Notes under the pieces: model-generated
Seen by the model: only the letters and a program-made list of their open reading frames with translations
Databases searched by the model: none
What the model was told of the DNA's origin: nothing
Made by a program: the position numbers and the translations under genes
Origin: an uncultured delta proteobacterium
GTDB taxonomy: Bacteria > Desulfobacterota > RBG-13-43-22
Assembly: GCA_963743305.1 (NCBI GenBank)
Contig: CAVUPH010000014.1
Location: forward strand, 192,001 to 256,000
DNA length: 64,000 bases
Direction: 5' to 3'
In this document: positions 1 through 8,404 of the stretch, one piece after another
Position numbering within the stretch: position 1 is the stretch's first letter
How the letters are laid out: each line of letters opens with the position of its first letter

Positions 1-379
1 TCTTATCCACTAAATGAGGGAGCGGTTCCGATACGAACCCCATGATTTCCACGTTTTCCTGAGAAAGGGGAATGAGCAGTTTCAGGGCCGGGCATTCGGC
101 CACGGCCTGGGCGATAGCCGGCGATACCTCCCCCATCATGGCTTGAGCCAGGACGATCCCGATGGGGCCCACGATAACGTCCATTTTAGGCGCCGTTTGA
201 ACGATGGCGTTCTCTCCGGTGGCCCCTTTGTTGGCCCGGGCCTTGATCATCTGGGCCGTGGCAATGGAATTGGTGCCTAAGGCGATGATCTGGATGGATT
301 CGCCGAATTCCTCGCGCAGCCTTTTGATCACGGCGCTCCCGATCCCGCCGCCTTGTCCGTCCACCACCGCGATTTTCAT
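1..379 (-). CDS. DUF3842-family protein (3' end runs off the window)
   Basis: Not in the ORF track because it is open at the edge. Manual translation from ATG 379 gives MKIAVVDGQGGGIGSAVIKRL...ALGTNSIATAQMIKARANKGATGENAIV...IVGPIGIVLAQAMMGEVSP, typical of DUF3842; AAGGA RBS upstream. Confidence 0.8.
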   Translation of the reverse strand, partial: MKIAVVDGQGGGIGSAVIKRLREEFGESIQIIALGTNSIATAQMIKARANKGATGENAIVQTAPKMDVIVGPIGIVLAQAMMGEVSPAIAQAVAECPALKLLIPLSQENVEIMGFVSEPLPHLVDK

Positions 380-545
380 TGATATCATTCCTTTGTTCCA
401 GTTGTTTGATTATCTTAACAAAAAATACGCCTGGAAACAAGCTCAAGGATCTATCTTCTTTTCTACCGGGACAGGGGAGGAGACCCGAATCAGTCTCGAA
501 CGGCCTATGCCCTGGCTGGCGTCAAAAACAGAACCCGACTGATCG

Positions 546-1568
546 CTAAAATTCATCGCCAATCTGCAACAACACTTTAACCGCCAGACCGGGGTCAATT
601 CTTTCCCGGTATACTTCCGGCAATTTTTCCAAGGGGATCAGGTCGGAAACCAGGGGGTGGGCGTCAACCCGGCCTGCGGCCATCCAATCCAGACACTGTA
701 TATTCTCCGCATGGGTATTGGAGATGGAGGCCGTCAGCTTAACTTCCTTGAAATTGATCAGGTAAGGCTCGGGTAAATCCAGGGGTTTGAACAGTACGCT
801 GACGATGCAGATCTGCCCGCAATCAGCCGCCAGATGAACGGCGCGACCGATATTGGCCGTTACGCCCGAGCATTCGAATATCTTATCAAACCCGCCTCCG
901 ACCATAGAGCTGACCTGCAGATTGAGATCCTTTTCCCCGGGATCAAATACCCGGTCGGCCCCGAATCCCAGGGCGATCTCTCTTTTTTCTTTGATCGGTT
1001 CCAAGAGGACCACGGGGTGGTAACCAAGAATTTTCAGGATCCTGACTGCGGACAGGCCGATGGGCCCTCCGCCCATGACCAAGGCGGAACCGGTATCAGA
1101 CCCGGTGCAGTTGATGGCGTGCAAGGCGGAAGCAAAGGTCTCGGCCAAGGCCGCGTTACGGGAATCCACCCCCTCGGGTATGGGAATCAACATCTGAGGG
1201 AAGACCTTGACATATTCAGCAAAACCGCCGGGTAAGTCACCGATGCCCGTGGTTCGACGATGAACCCGGCAGAGGTGCGGTCTACCCCTAAGGCAGTTGG
1301 CGCAGTGGCCACAATAGGTCGGACGGATGCAGACCCTTGTGCCCAAGGGAGGTCCGTCGGCGTCTGCGCCTTTTTCGACCAAGACGGCGCTGATCTCGTG
1401 ACCCAGTATCGTGCCGTCGGGCATGAACCCGCCGGCGACCAAGGAATGATCGGATCCGCAAAATCCGGTATTGACCACTTTGACCAAAACCTCATCTGCC
1501 TTTAGCTGGTAATCGGGAACCTCCTCATAGACCAGCCCGCTGGACGGGCGAAAAACAACGGCCTTCAT
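546..1568 (-). CDS. Zn-dependent medium-chain dehydrogenase (sorbitol/threonine dehydrogenase-like)
   Basis: GFCGSD, LGHE, structural Zn motif CGHCANC...C, GGGPIG Rossmann motif; strong AAGGAGG RBS. Confidence 0.9.
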   Translation of the reverse strand: MKAVVFRPSSGLVYEEVPDYQLKADEVLVKVVNTGFCGSDHSLVAGGFMPDGTILGHEISAVLVEKGADADGPPLGTRVCIRPTYCGHCANCLRGRPHLCRVHRRTTGIGDLPGGFAEYVKVFPQMLIPIPEGVDSRNAALAETFASALHAINCTGSDTGSALVMGGGPIGLSAVRILKILGYHPVVLLEPIKEKREIALGFGADRVFDPGEKDLNLQVSSMVGGGFDKIFECSGVTANIGRAVHLAADCGQICIVSVLFKPLDLPEPYLINFKEVKLTASISNTHAENIQCLDWMAAGRVDAHPLVSDLIPLEKLPEVYRERIDPGLAVKVLLQIGDEF

Positions 1569-1595
1569 CGATTCCTCCTTTATTCCTTCTTTTCT

Positions 1596-1675
1596 TTCGC
1601 CGAGACCAGACGGCCACCGAACTCCGAATTCAGACTAAGCTGCCCTTATTGGGCCCACCCACCCAAACGGACGAA
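1596..1675 (-). repeat. Copy 1 of a structured repeat / candidate cis-regulatory RNA motif
   Basis: Minus strand reads UUCGUC-CGUUUGGGUGGG-[variable]-UGGCCGUCUGGUCUC-GGCGAA and matches copy 2 at 3194-3252. Confidence 0.6.
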
Positions 1676-1688
1676 CAACCTTCTTTCC

Positions 1689-2988
1689 TTAATCCTCGCA
1701 TTCCAGGATAACCTTTTCTACCCGGTTCAGATCTTTTTCATAAAAGAAGGACCCGGCAAAAAAAAGCAGGGCCGACAACAGAAGAAAAATGGGCAGGATA
1801 GTCATGGCCGCTTTGATGCCGTATACATCAGAAATCGCCCCGATTACGATCGGGGCCAGCGAAGCCCCGAGGAGATTCTGAAAAACGACACAGATGGAGT
1901 AAGAGATAGCCCGAAGTCCGGGGTGGACCACCTCCTGGGTAACGGTGATGGCCGCCGGGGAAAAGGCGCTGGCCACGATGCCCATAAGCAGGAGCATCAG
2001 GTACTGAGCCTTTCCCTCAAGAAAGGAAAAGGCGATAAACAGGATAATGGCATTCAGGGCCGTCGTAACGGCCGGAAAGAGAAGTCGTGAACTCACCCGC
2101 TTCTTAAACCACATATCGGCCAACCATCCTCCCAGGGGGAGGCCGATGATGGCCAGCAGCATGAGCAGACCTGTTTTCATGCCCGCCTGACTGATGGGGA
2201 GACCGTCCACACGGTGAAAATAGGTAGGGAAGCCAGGTGATGATGGCATTGTTGGCAAAGATGCAGCCGACAAACCCGAGATTGGTCAGAATCAGGGAAG
2301 GAACATGGAGGAAGGCGCGAAAGATATCCATCTTGCTCATCTTGACCCGGTTCCGGCCGGTATCACAGGAATCCACCGTCTTGACCAGTTCTACGGTCTT
2401 ATAGTCCTTGACGAAGAAGAAAAGGATGGCCACGAGCGCTCCGGGAAGGGCTACCAGGCCGAAGGCATGCCGCCACCCCCAGGTTTGGGCCACGTAGCCG
2501 CCGATACCAATGCCGACGGCGATACCGAGGGGGATAGAGATATTCCAAAGACCCATCATGCGGGAACGTTTTTCCGGGGGAAACAGACCCGAGAGCATAG
2601 CCGTGCCGGCGGGGGCATAGCCGGCCTCCCCGACACCAATGCCGGAGCGGGCCATCAGCAACTGGGGAAAGCTCTTGGTAAAGGCACAGGCTACCGTGGC
2701 GGCCGTCCAGAGCAGGGCCATGACGCCGATGGTTTTTTTTCGGCTCCAACGGTCCACGAGGATCGAGACGGGAAAGACAAAGGCGACAATGGACCAGTAA
2801 ACGGCTGACACGAGCAGGCCGGACTGGGCGTCCGTCAGTCCATATTCCTTTTTAATGAACGGGAAAAGGGAGGTCACGATCATCCGGTCGACATAATCGA
2901 AAAAATACAGCAAGAACAGCAGGGTGAAGATATAATAGGAACTTCCTTTGGACAGCTTGTATTCCTTGGGTGTAGTCAGGCCATTCAT
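1689..2988 (-). CDS. MFS transporter (spinster/ACS-like), split by a +1 frameshift near 2227-2229 (probable assembly error, otherwise pseudogene)
   Basis: ORFs 2104-2988 (DYVDR, DRWSRKK, GVGEA motifs) and 1689-2273 (GGWLAD, HPGLRA) join as ...NAIITWLPTYFHRVDG... if one G of GGG is removed. Confidence 0.85.
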
Positions 2989-3125
2989 AAGGGCTCCTTA
3001 TATCATTAAAAGGTTCACTGGGCAAACAGGTCTTAACGCTCAGGTCCGATCGCCGGTCGAACACCTGGTTGGGTGTTGCCCAGAGGTGCTTTAATCCTGA
3101 ACAGGTGATTAGGAGTGCGTCTTTT

Positions 3126-3159
3126 CGTTTAATGCTTTAATGCCCTAAAGCATTAAACG
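3126..3159. promoter_or_regulatory. Perfect 14-bp-arm palindrome, probable repressor operator at the MFS promoter
   Basis: CGTTTAATGCTTTA-atgccc-TAAAGCATTAAACG lies directly downstream of a minus-strand extended -10 (TGcTATATA, 3161-3169). Confidence 0.6.
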
Positions 3160-3193
3160 TTATATAGCATAAAATCTTCCTTTGGAAAACCCT

Positions 3194-3252
3194 TTCACCG
3201 AGACCAGACGGCCATACCCGATCTGGGGGGGGTACCCACCCAAAAGGGCGAA
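3194..3252 (-). repeat. Copy 2 of the structured repeat / candidate RNA motif
   Basis: Minus strand reads UUCGCC-CUUUUGGGUGGG-UACCC(loop)GGGUA-UGGCCGUCUGGUCUC-GGUGAA. Confidence 0.6.
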
Positions 3253-3300
3253 GCGTCTTTAATGTAACCAAGGGGCTAGTCGAAGTGGGTTGATTGGACA

Positions 3301-3329
3301 TTGACAAATAAAGGGATTCCAAACAAAAT
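3301..3329 (+). promoter_or_regulatory. Putative sigma70 promoter of tetR
   Basis: TTGACA-N17-CAAAAT. Confidence 0.45.
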
Positions 3330-3354
3330 AAAACCCGACAAGTTTACTATTTAA

Positions 3355-4098
3355 ATGGAGGCCTCCCGTCTCTGCCTTAATCGAATGGTCCGGTTCAGTA
3401 TGACGACATTAAAAACCACTGCTAAGGAACCGCCGGCACCCGAATTCCTTAAAGAAATTCCGGCCAGTCCGACATTCCTGAACCTTCCGGAAGCCAAGCG
3501 GGATCGAATTATCTTGGCGGCCACCCGGGAATTTTCAGAAAAGGGATACCAGGGAGCTTCCATCAACACCCTGGTGGACGACCTGGGAATCTCCAAGGGA
3601 TCGATATTCCAATATTTTTCTAACAAGAAAGGCCTTTTTCTCTTTATCTTCCAGGCGGCGGTGGCTCAGGTCCGCAAAACGCTGGTAACGGTAAAAGAAG
3701 AAACCGAGGAATTGGAGGTCTTTGAACGAATCAGGAGTTCACTCCTGGCCGGAGTCGATTTCGTTCGTCGGCATCCCCATATCTATAGAATATATTTGAA
3801 ATTACTGTTCGATCGGGACGCCCCTTTCCGCAATGAGCTGCTTCAGGCCGTTCGACTATTTTCCTCCGAATATCTGGGTTCTCTGGTGCGAAAGGGGATG
3901 GACCGGGGGGAGATCCGCCGGGATATCGCCCCGGAACAGGCGGTCTTTATCCTGGACGCGGTGCTGGACCGATACCTGCAAGCCTATATGGTTCCTTATC
4001 TGGACCACAGAGGCAATATCTACCGGGTTGATCAAAAAAAGGTGGAAGAGTGGGCGGTCGGACTGGTTACTATTTTACGAAAAGGCTTGCAAGGATAG
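3355..4098 (+). CDS. TetR/AcrR family transcriptional regulator (true start may be ATG 3400)
   Basis: N-terminal HTH: KRDRIILAATREFSEKGYQGASINTLVDDLGISKGSIFQYFSNKKGLF. Confidence 0.92.
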   Translation: MEASRLCLNRMVRFSMTTLKTTAKEPPAPEFLKEIPASPTFLNLPEAKRDRIILAATREFSEKGYQGASINTLVDDLGISKGSIFQYFSNKKGLFLFIFQAAVAQVRKTLVTVKEETEELEVFERIRSSLLAGVDFVRRHPHIYRIYLKLLFDRDAPFRNELLQAVRLFSSEYLGSLVRKGMDRGEIRRDIAPEQAVFILDAVLDRYLQAYMVPYLDHRGNIYRVDQKKVEEWAVGLVTILRKGLQG

Positions 4099-4136
4099 TT
4101 TTTTTTCTTTATAAAATGACCAGGTGGTCATTTTAT
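4087..4136 (+). promoter_or_regulatory. sigma70 promoter of the mqn operon overlapped by a perfect palindromic operator
   Basis: TTGCAA(4087)-N17-TATAAA(4110); ATAAAATGACC-aggt-GGTCATTTTAT at 4111-4136 has 11-bp perfect arms. Confidence 0.7.
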
Positions 4137-4151
4137 TGGAGGTGGTTGAAA

Positions 4152-5240
4152 GTGCTTGAAGTCAGAGATGCGCGGCTAATGCCCATCCGGGAAAAGGTTT
4201 TATCGGGGGGGCGCTTGGAAAAGGAAGATGGTTTGGCCCTCTATCAAAGCCCTGACCTGCTGGGTGTGGGGGCTTTGGCCAACCGGATCCGAGAGAACCG
4301 AAACGGTAACCGGGCCTATTACATCGTCAACCAGCATATTAACTATTCGAATATCTGTCAGAACCGCTGCCGTTTTTGCGCCTTCGGTCGGGACCCGGAG
4401 GATCCGCTGGCTTATCAAATGAGCCTGGAGGATATCGAGGCGAAAGTCCGGGAACGGCTGTCCGACCCGATCAGCGAAATTCACATCGTCGGGGGTATCC
4501 ATCCCACCCTTCCCTTTGCCTACTACCTGGAAATGCTTCAACGGATTAAAAGAATCCGCCCGTCGGTTCACCTGCAGGCCTTCACGGCCGTGGAAATCGC
4601 CCATTTGGCTCACCTGGCCCAAAAATCCATTGAAGACACCTTGTCGGTCTTGATGGAAGCCGGGCTGGGATCCTTGCCGGGGGGCGGGGCGGAGGTCTTC
4701 AGCTCCCGTATCCGGGAAAACCTCTGCGCCAAAAAACTCCCTTCCCGGGATTGGATTTCCGTTTGCCAGACGGCCCACCGTCTAGGGCTCCATACCAATG
4801 CCACCCTGCTCTACGGCCATCTGGAGACCCTGGAAGAGCGGGTGGACCACTTGCTGGCCCTGCGGAAGGCCCAGGATGAGACCGGAGGCTTTCTGACCTT
4901 TATCCCGCTCGCTTTCCATCCCAAGAATACCGAGTTGGCGGAAATGGCCGGTACGACCGGCGTGGATGATCTGAAAAATATCGCCGTGGCTCGCCTGATG
5001 CTGGACAACTTTCCCCACATCAAGTCCTTCTGGATCATGATCGGTCCCAAACTGGCCCAGATTTCCCTGTCCTTTGGAGCCGACGATATAGATGGAACGG
5101 TCATTGAAGAACGGATTACCCATATGGCCGGGGCGGAAACCGCCCAAGCCATGACCCGGGAGGAAATTCTTCACCTGATCCGGGAAGCCGGACGTGAACC
5201 GGTGGAGCGGGATACCTTGTATAATACCGTAGTCCACTAA
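4152..5240 (+). CDS. mqnE: Aminofutalosine synthase (radical SAM)
   Basis: CQNRCRFC; LDNFPHIKSFWIMIG; FGADDIDGTVIEERITHMAGA. Start placed at GTG 4152 after the GGAGGT RBS. Confidence 0.88.
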   Translation: MLEVRDARLMPIREKVLSGGRLEKEDGLALYQSPDLLGVGALANRIRENRNGNRAYYIVNQHINYSNICQNRCRFCAFGRDPEDPLAYQMSLEDIEAKVRERLSDPISEIHIVGGIHPTLPFAYYLEMLQRIKRIRPSVHLQAFTAVEIAHLAHLAQKSIEDTLSVLMEAGLGSLPGGGAEVFSSRIRENLCAKKLPSRDWISVCQTAHRLGLHTNATLLYGHLETLEERVDHLLALRKAQDETGGFLTFIPLAFHPKNTELAEMAGTTGVDDLKNIAVARLMLDNFPHIKSFWIMIGPKLAQISLSFGADDIDGTVIEERITHMAGAETAQAMTREEILHLIREAGREPVERDTLYNTVVH

Positions 5241-5262
5241 ACCCGGTTGCAGCTCAAACTCG

Positions 5263-6282
5263 ATGCGCCTCAATTCCCAACAAGCCCTGGACTGGTACCA
5301 ATCGGATCTCCTGACACTCGGGCAAGCCGCCCAGGAGGTTCGCTGGAAGCTCCACCCCGAACCAGTGGTCACTTATGTGGTGGACCGGAACATTAATTAC
5401 ACCAATGTCTGCCTTTCCGGCTGCCGTTTTTGCGCCTTTTATCGGCAGGCGGATTCCCCGGAAGCCTATGTGCTGGACCGGGAGGTCTTGGGCAAAAAAA
5501 TTGAAGAAACATTGGCCCTGGGAGGCACCCAGATACTGCTTCAGGGCGGGATGCACCCTGATCTGCCCTTTTCATTTTATGAGGACTTGCTTCAATGGAT
5601 CAAGGGCCGTTACCCGATCCACATCCACGGATTTTCGCCTCCCGAAATCAATCACCTGGCCCGGATAGCGGGTATGCCCCTGGAAACGGTTTTAATCCGG
5701 CTTAGGGATTCCGGACTTGGCTCCATTCCGGGCGGGGGGGCTGAAATCCTGGTGGACCGGGTCAGAGAACGGGTTTCTCCCCGAAAAGGGACGAGCGCCG
5801 AGTGGCTTCAGGTCATGGAAACAGCCCACCGCATTGGGTTGCGAACTACCGCCACCATGATGTTCGGCCATCTGGAGACCGTCGCAGACCGGATTGAGCA
5901 CCTCTTGGCCGTACGAGAACTGCAGGATCGTACCGGCGGCTTCACCGCTTTCATCCCCTGGACCTTCCAGCCGGGGAATACCGATCTGCGGCGGATTCCG
6001 GCCGGAGGGACGGAGTACTTGCGTATGCTGGCCCTGTCCCGGTTGGTCCTCGACAACATTCCCAACATCCAGGCTTCCTGGGTTACCCAGGGGCCCAAGG
6101 TCGGGCAAATCGCCCTTCTGTTCGGAGCCAACGACCTGGGCAGCACGATGATCGAAGAAAATGTGGTGGCCGCCGCCGGGGTGGCTTACCGCTTATCTAT
6201 TGAAGAGCTGGCCCGCCTGATCACGGCCGCCCGTTTTATCCCCCAACAGCGGGACACCTTTTACCAAAAGGTGGCGACATGA
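5263..6282 (+). CDS. mqnC: Cyclic dehypoxanthinyl futalosine synthase (radical SAM)
   Basis: DRNINYTNVCLSGCRFCAFYR; QASWVTQG; GANDLGSTMIEENVVAAAG. Confidence 0.9.
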   Translation: MRLNSQQALDWYQSDLLTLGQAAQEVRWKLHPEPVVTYVVDRNINYTNVCLSGCRFCAFYRQADSPEAYVLDREVLGKKIEETLALGGTQILLQGGMHPDLPFSFYEDLLQWIKGRYPIHIHGFSPPEINHLARIAGMPLETVLIRLRDSGLGSIPGGGAEILVDRVRERVSPRKGTSAEWLQVMETAHRIGLRTTATMMFGHLETVADRIEHLLAVRELQDRTGGFTAFIPWTFQPGNTDLRRIPAGGTEYLRMLALSRLVLDNIPNIQASWVTQGPKVGQIALLFGANDLGSTMIEENVVAAAGVAYRLSIEELARLITAARFIPQQRDTFYQKVAT

Positions 6283-7145
6283 CCCCCCGGGTGGCGGTTA
6301 TCGCCAGGGTTGGCGCTCATCGGGCTTTTCTGGAGCAAGGCGCCCGAGAGTTAAGTGTTCAGCCCTTGAACACTCCATTCGGGTTAAGCGTTCCGATCCA
6401 TTTTTTGGAGTCGGAGGGCATCCCCTTTGTGGTCTTATCCCGCCATGGGGAGGACCGATATGCTACCGCGGCCCCCTTCGTAAACGACCTGGCCAACATC
6501 TGGGCACTGAAAGAAGCCGGCATCGAAAAAATCCTGTCCTGGTCGGCTCCCGGATCCCTGAATCCGGCAATGGCGCCGGGTTCCCTGGTGGTGGTGGATG
6601 ATCTGCTGGATGAAACCCGTTCCGGACCCCGGTCTTTTTTCGAGGGGAAGGGTATCGGGGTAATCCGGCAGGAGGCCGTGTTCTGTCCGGAAATTCGGGC
6701 GTTGATGATTGAAAAACTGGCGGGGGTCCCGTTCCTTCTTCATTCCCAAGGAGTCTATGTCTCCGTGGAAGGTCCCCGCCTGGAAACCAAGGCGGAGATC
6801 CGCAAGTATCGCCTGCTCGGAGGAGACCTGATCGGCATGAATCTGGCGCCGGAGGCCTTCCTGGCCAAGGAACTGGAAATGTGTTACGGGGCCTTGTGCT
6901 ATCCCGTCAATTTTGCCGAAGGGGTCAAGGTACGACCTTACGTGCGGGGGATCCTATTTGAGGGATTGGCCTTTCCCGAGGAAATGGCGCGGGTCAAAGA
7001 AGTGGAAAAGGCCTTCCCGGAACTGATCCTGCCTTTATTGGGCCCCTTGACGGAAACCCCCCGCGCCTGCCCCTGCCCCGTCGCCATGGAGCGCTACAAA
7101 ATCCGGGGAGACATCGGAGAAGACTTTCACACATGGATCAAATAA
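6279..7145 (+). CDS. MTAP/PNP-fold nucleoside phosphorylase/hydrolase with atypical active site (candidate futalosine-cleaving enzyme)
   Basis: TPFG, SRHG, ANIWALK, GSL, EGPRLETKAE motifs; ATGA overlap with mqnC. Confidence 0.8.
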   Translation: MTPRVAVIARVGAHRAFLEQGARELSVQPLNTPFGLSVPIHFLESEGIPFVVLSRHGEDRYATAAPFVNDLANIWALKEAGIEKILSWSAPGSLNPAMAPGSLVVVDDLLDETRSGPRSFFEGKGIGVIRQEAVFCPEIRALMIEKLAGVPFLLHSQGVYVSVEGPRLETKAEIRKYRLLGGDLIGMNLAPEAFLAKELEMCYGALCYPVNFAEGVKVRPYVRGILFEGLAFPEEMARVKEVEKAFPELILPLLGPLTETPRACPCPVAMERYKIRGDIGEDFHTWIK

Positions 7146-8335
7146 CGCTCTACCAGGCCCGCTGGATCGTCCCGGTTAGCCTTCCGCCCATTGAACGAGG
7201 GGTCGTCGCGGTCCGAAAAGGCGAGATAACCGCGCTAGGGGGGGAAAAGGAAATTTCCCTGACCTTTCCCGGGGAACGGCGGGACCTGGGCCAAGGAGCG
7301 ATACTTCCCGGATTGATCAATGCGCATACCCATGTGGAACTGTCCCGGCTTAAAGGTCTCATTCCGGAAGGTTTGGGTTTCGTACCCTGGGTGAGGCACC
7401 TGCTGTCTCTCAAAGAAAAAACCAAGGCGGAGAATCCGGACGAGGCCGTGGGACCGGCCTGGGATGAAATCAGCCGTACCGGCACCTGTGCCGCCGGGGA
7501 CTGGATCAGCCTGGAGTGCCTGATCCCGCGAGGGTCTTCATCGAAAGTATTCCGCCGGTTATTCTTTGAAGTGATCGGATTTGACTCCTCGGGGTTGACT
7601 TTGCCGGAGGTCCTCGACGAGGGACCGGCGACGGACCTATTCGGAAGTTTAACCCTGGGGGCCCACGCCCCCCATAGCACCTCGGCCGCTTTGCTCCAGG
7701 CCGCCAAAACCTGGACCCGGCGAAGGGGTCTGCCGCTGGCCATTCATGTGGCTGAAACCAAAGAGGAAACGGAATTCCTGCTCACCGGGAAGGGCGTCTG
7801 GAAGGACTTTTTAATTGAGCGGGGGAAGTGGGTGGAGGACTGGAAGGCCCCCAAGACCACGCCGGTAAAATACCTGGACCGCTTGGGGCTGCTGGATGAA
7901 AATACCCTCGCGGTTCACCTGACCCAGGCGGATCCGAGCGACCTATCCATTCTGCGGGATCGAAGCGTGCGGGTGGTGGTCTGCCCGCGAAGCAACCGGT
8001 TTATTGTCGGGGCACTTCCGGATATTCCGTTCATGGTGCGGACCGGCCTGAAACCGGCCCTAGGCACCGACAGCTTGGCCAGTAATGCCGACCTGGGCCT
8101 CTGGGGAGAGATGGAGACCGTACAACAGGCCTTCCCGGAGATCGACCCTTGGGAGATTATCCGGATGGCCACTATCCACGGAGCCTCGGCCCTGGATCTG
8201 TCCGGGGAACTGGGAGACCTGTCCCCGGGGAAAAAGGCCCGGATGTTTTTTCTTCCTTTGAACGAAGTCACTGAAGAAGAATTACCCTCCGCCATTATCC
8301 ATTCCGGCGGACGGCGCCTGGAATGGCTGCGGTGA
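7133..8335 (+). CDS. Amidohydrolase, probable 6-aminodeoxyfutalosine deaminase
   Basis: PGLINAHTH, HAPHST, IHVAET..E, GTDSLASN metal-binding motifs; located in the mqn operon. Confidence 0.75.
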   Translation: MDQITLYQARWIVPVSLPPIERGVVAVRKGEITALGGEKEISLTFPGERRDLGQGAILPGLINAHTHVELSRLKGLIPEGLGFVPWVRHLLSLKEKTKAENPDEAVGPAWDEISRTGTCAAGDWISLECLIPRGSSSKVFRRLFFEVIGFDSSGLTLPEVLDEGPATDLFGSLTLGAHAPHSTSAALLQAAKTWTRRRGLPLAIHVAETKEETEFLLTGKGVWKDFLIERGKWVEDWKAPKTTPVKYLDRLGLLDENTLAVHLTQADPSDLSILRDRSVRVVVCPRSNRFIVGALPDIPFMVRTGLKPALGTDSLASNADLGLWGEMETVQQAFPEIDPWEIIRMATIHGASALDLSGELGDLSPGKKARMFFLPLNEVTEEELPSAIIHSGGRRLEWLR

Positions 8336-8404
8336 CCGGATAAATCCCTGGTTGGAACCAAATTCCAAAATTGTTGAAAAAGTCGAAACTAACGGAAAGT
8401 AATC

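Noticed and set aside
3018-3083. Hairpin as an integron attC site, SRP RNA or c-di-GMP-I riboswitch
   Set aside because: Too short for attC with an imperfect RYYYAAC and no integrase; lacks the SRP GGAA/AGCAG motif; lacks the GNRA hairpin and GACGCAAA of c-di-GMP-I.
3225-3232. G8 tract as a phase-variation switch
   Set aside because: It lies in the variable stem-loop of the repeat motif, not in a coding frame or promoter spacer.
4050-4151. N-terminal extension of mqnE given by the ORF track
   Set aside because: It overlaps tetR, the promoter and the operator; a good RBS precedes GTG 4152.
4152-6282. Reading the two radical SAM genes as F420 synthase CofH/CofG
   Set aside because: Signature motifs and the UbiA/UbiD context fit MqnE and MqnC; no cof genes are present.
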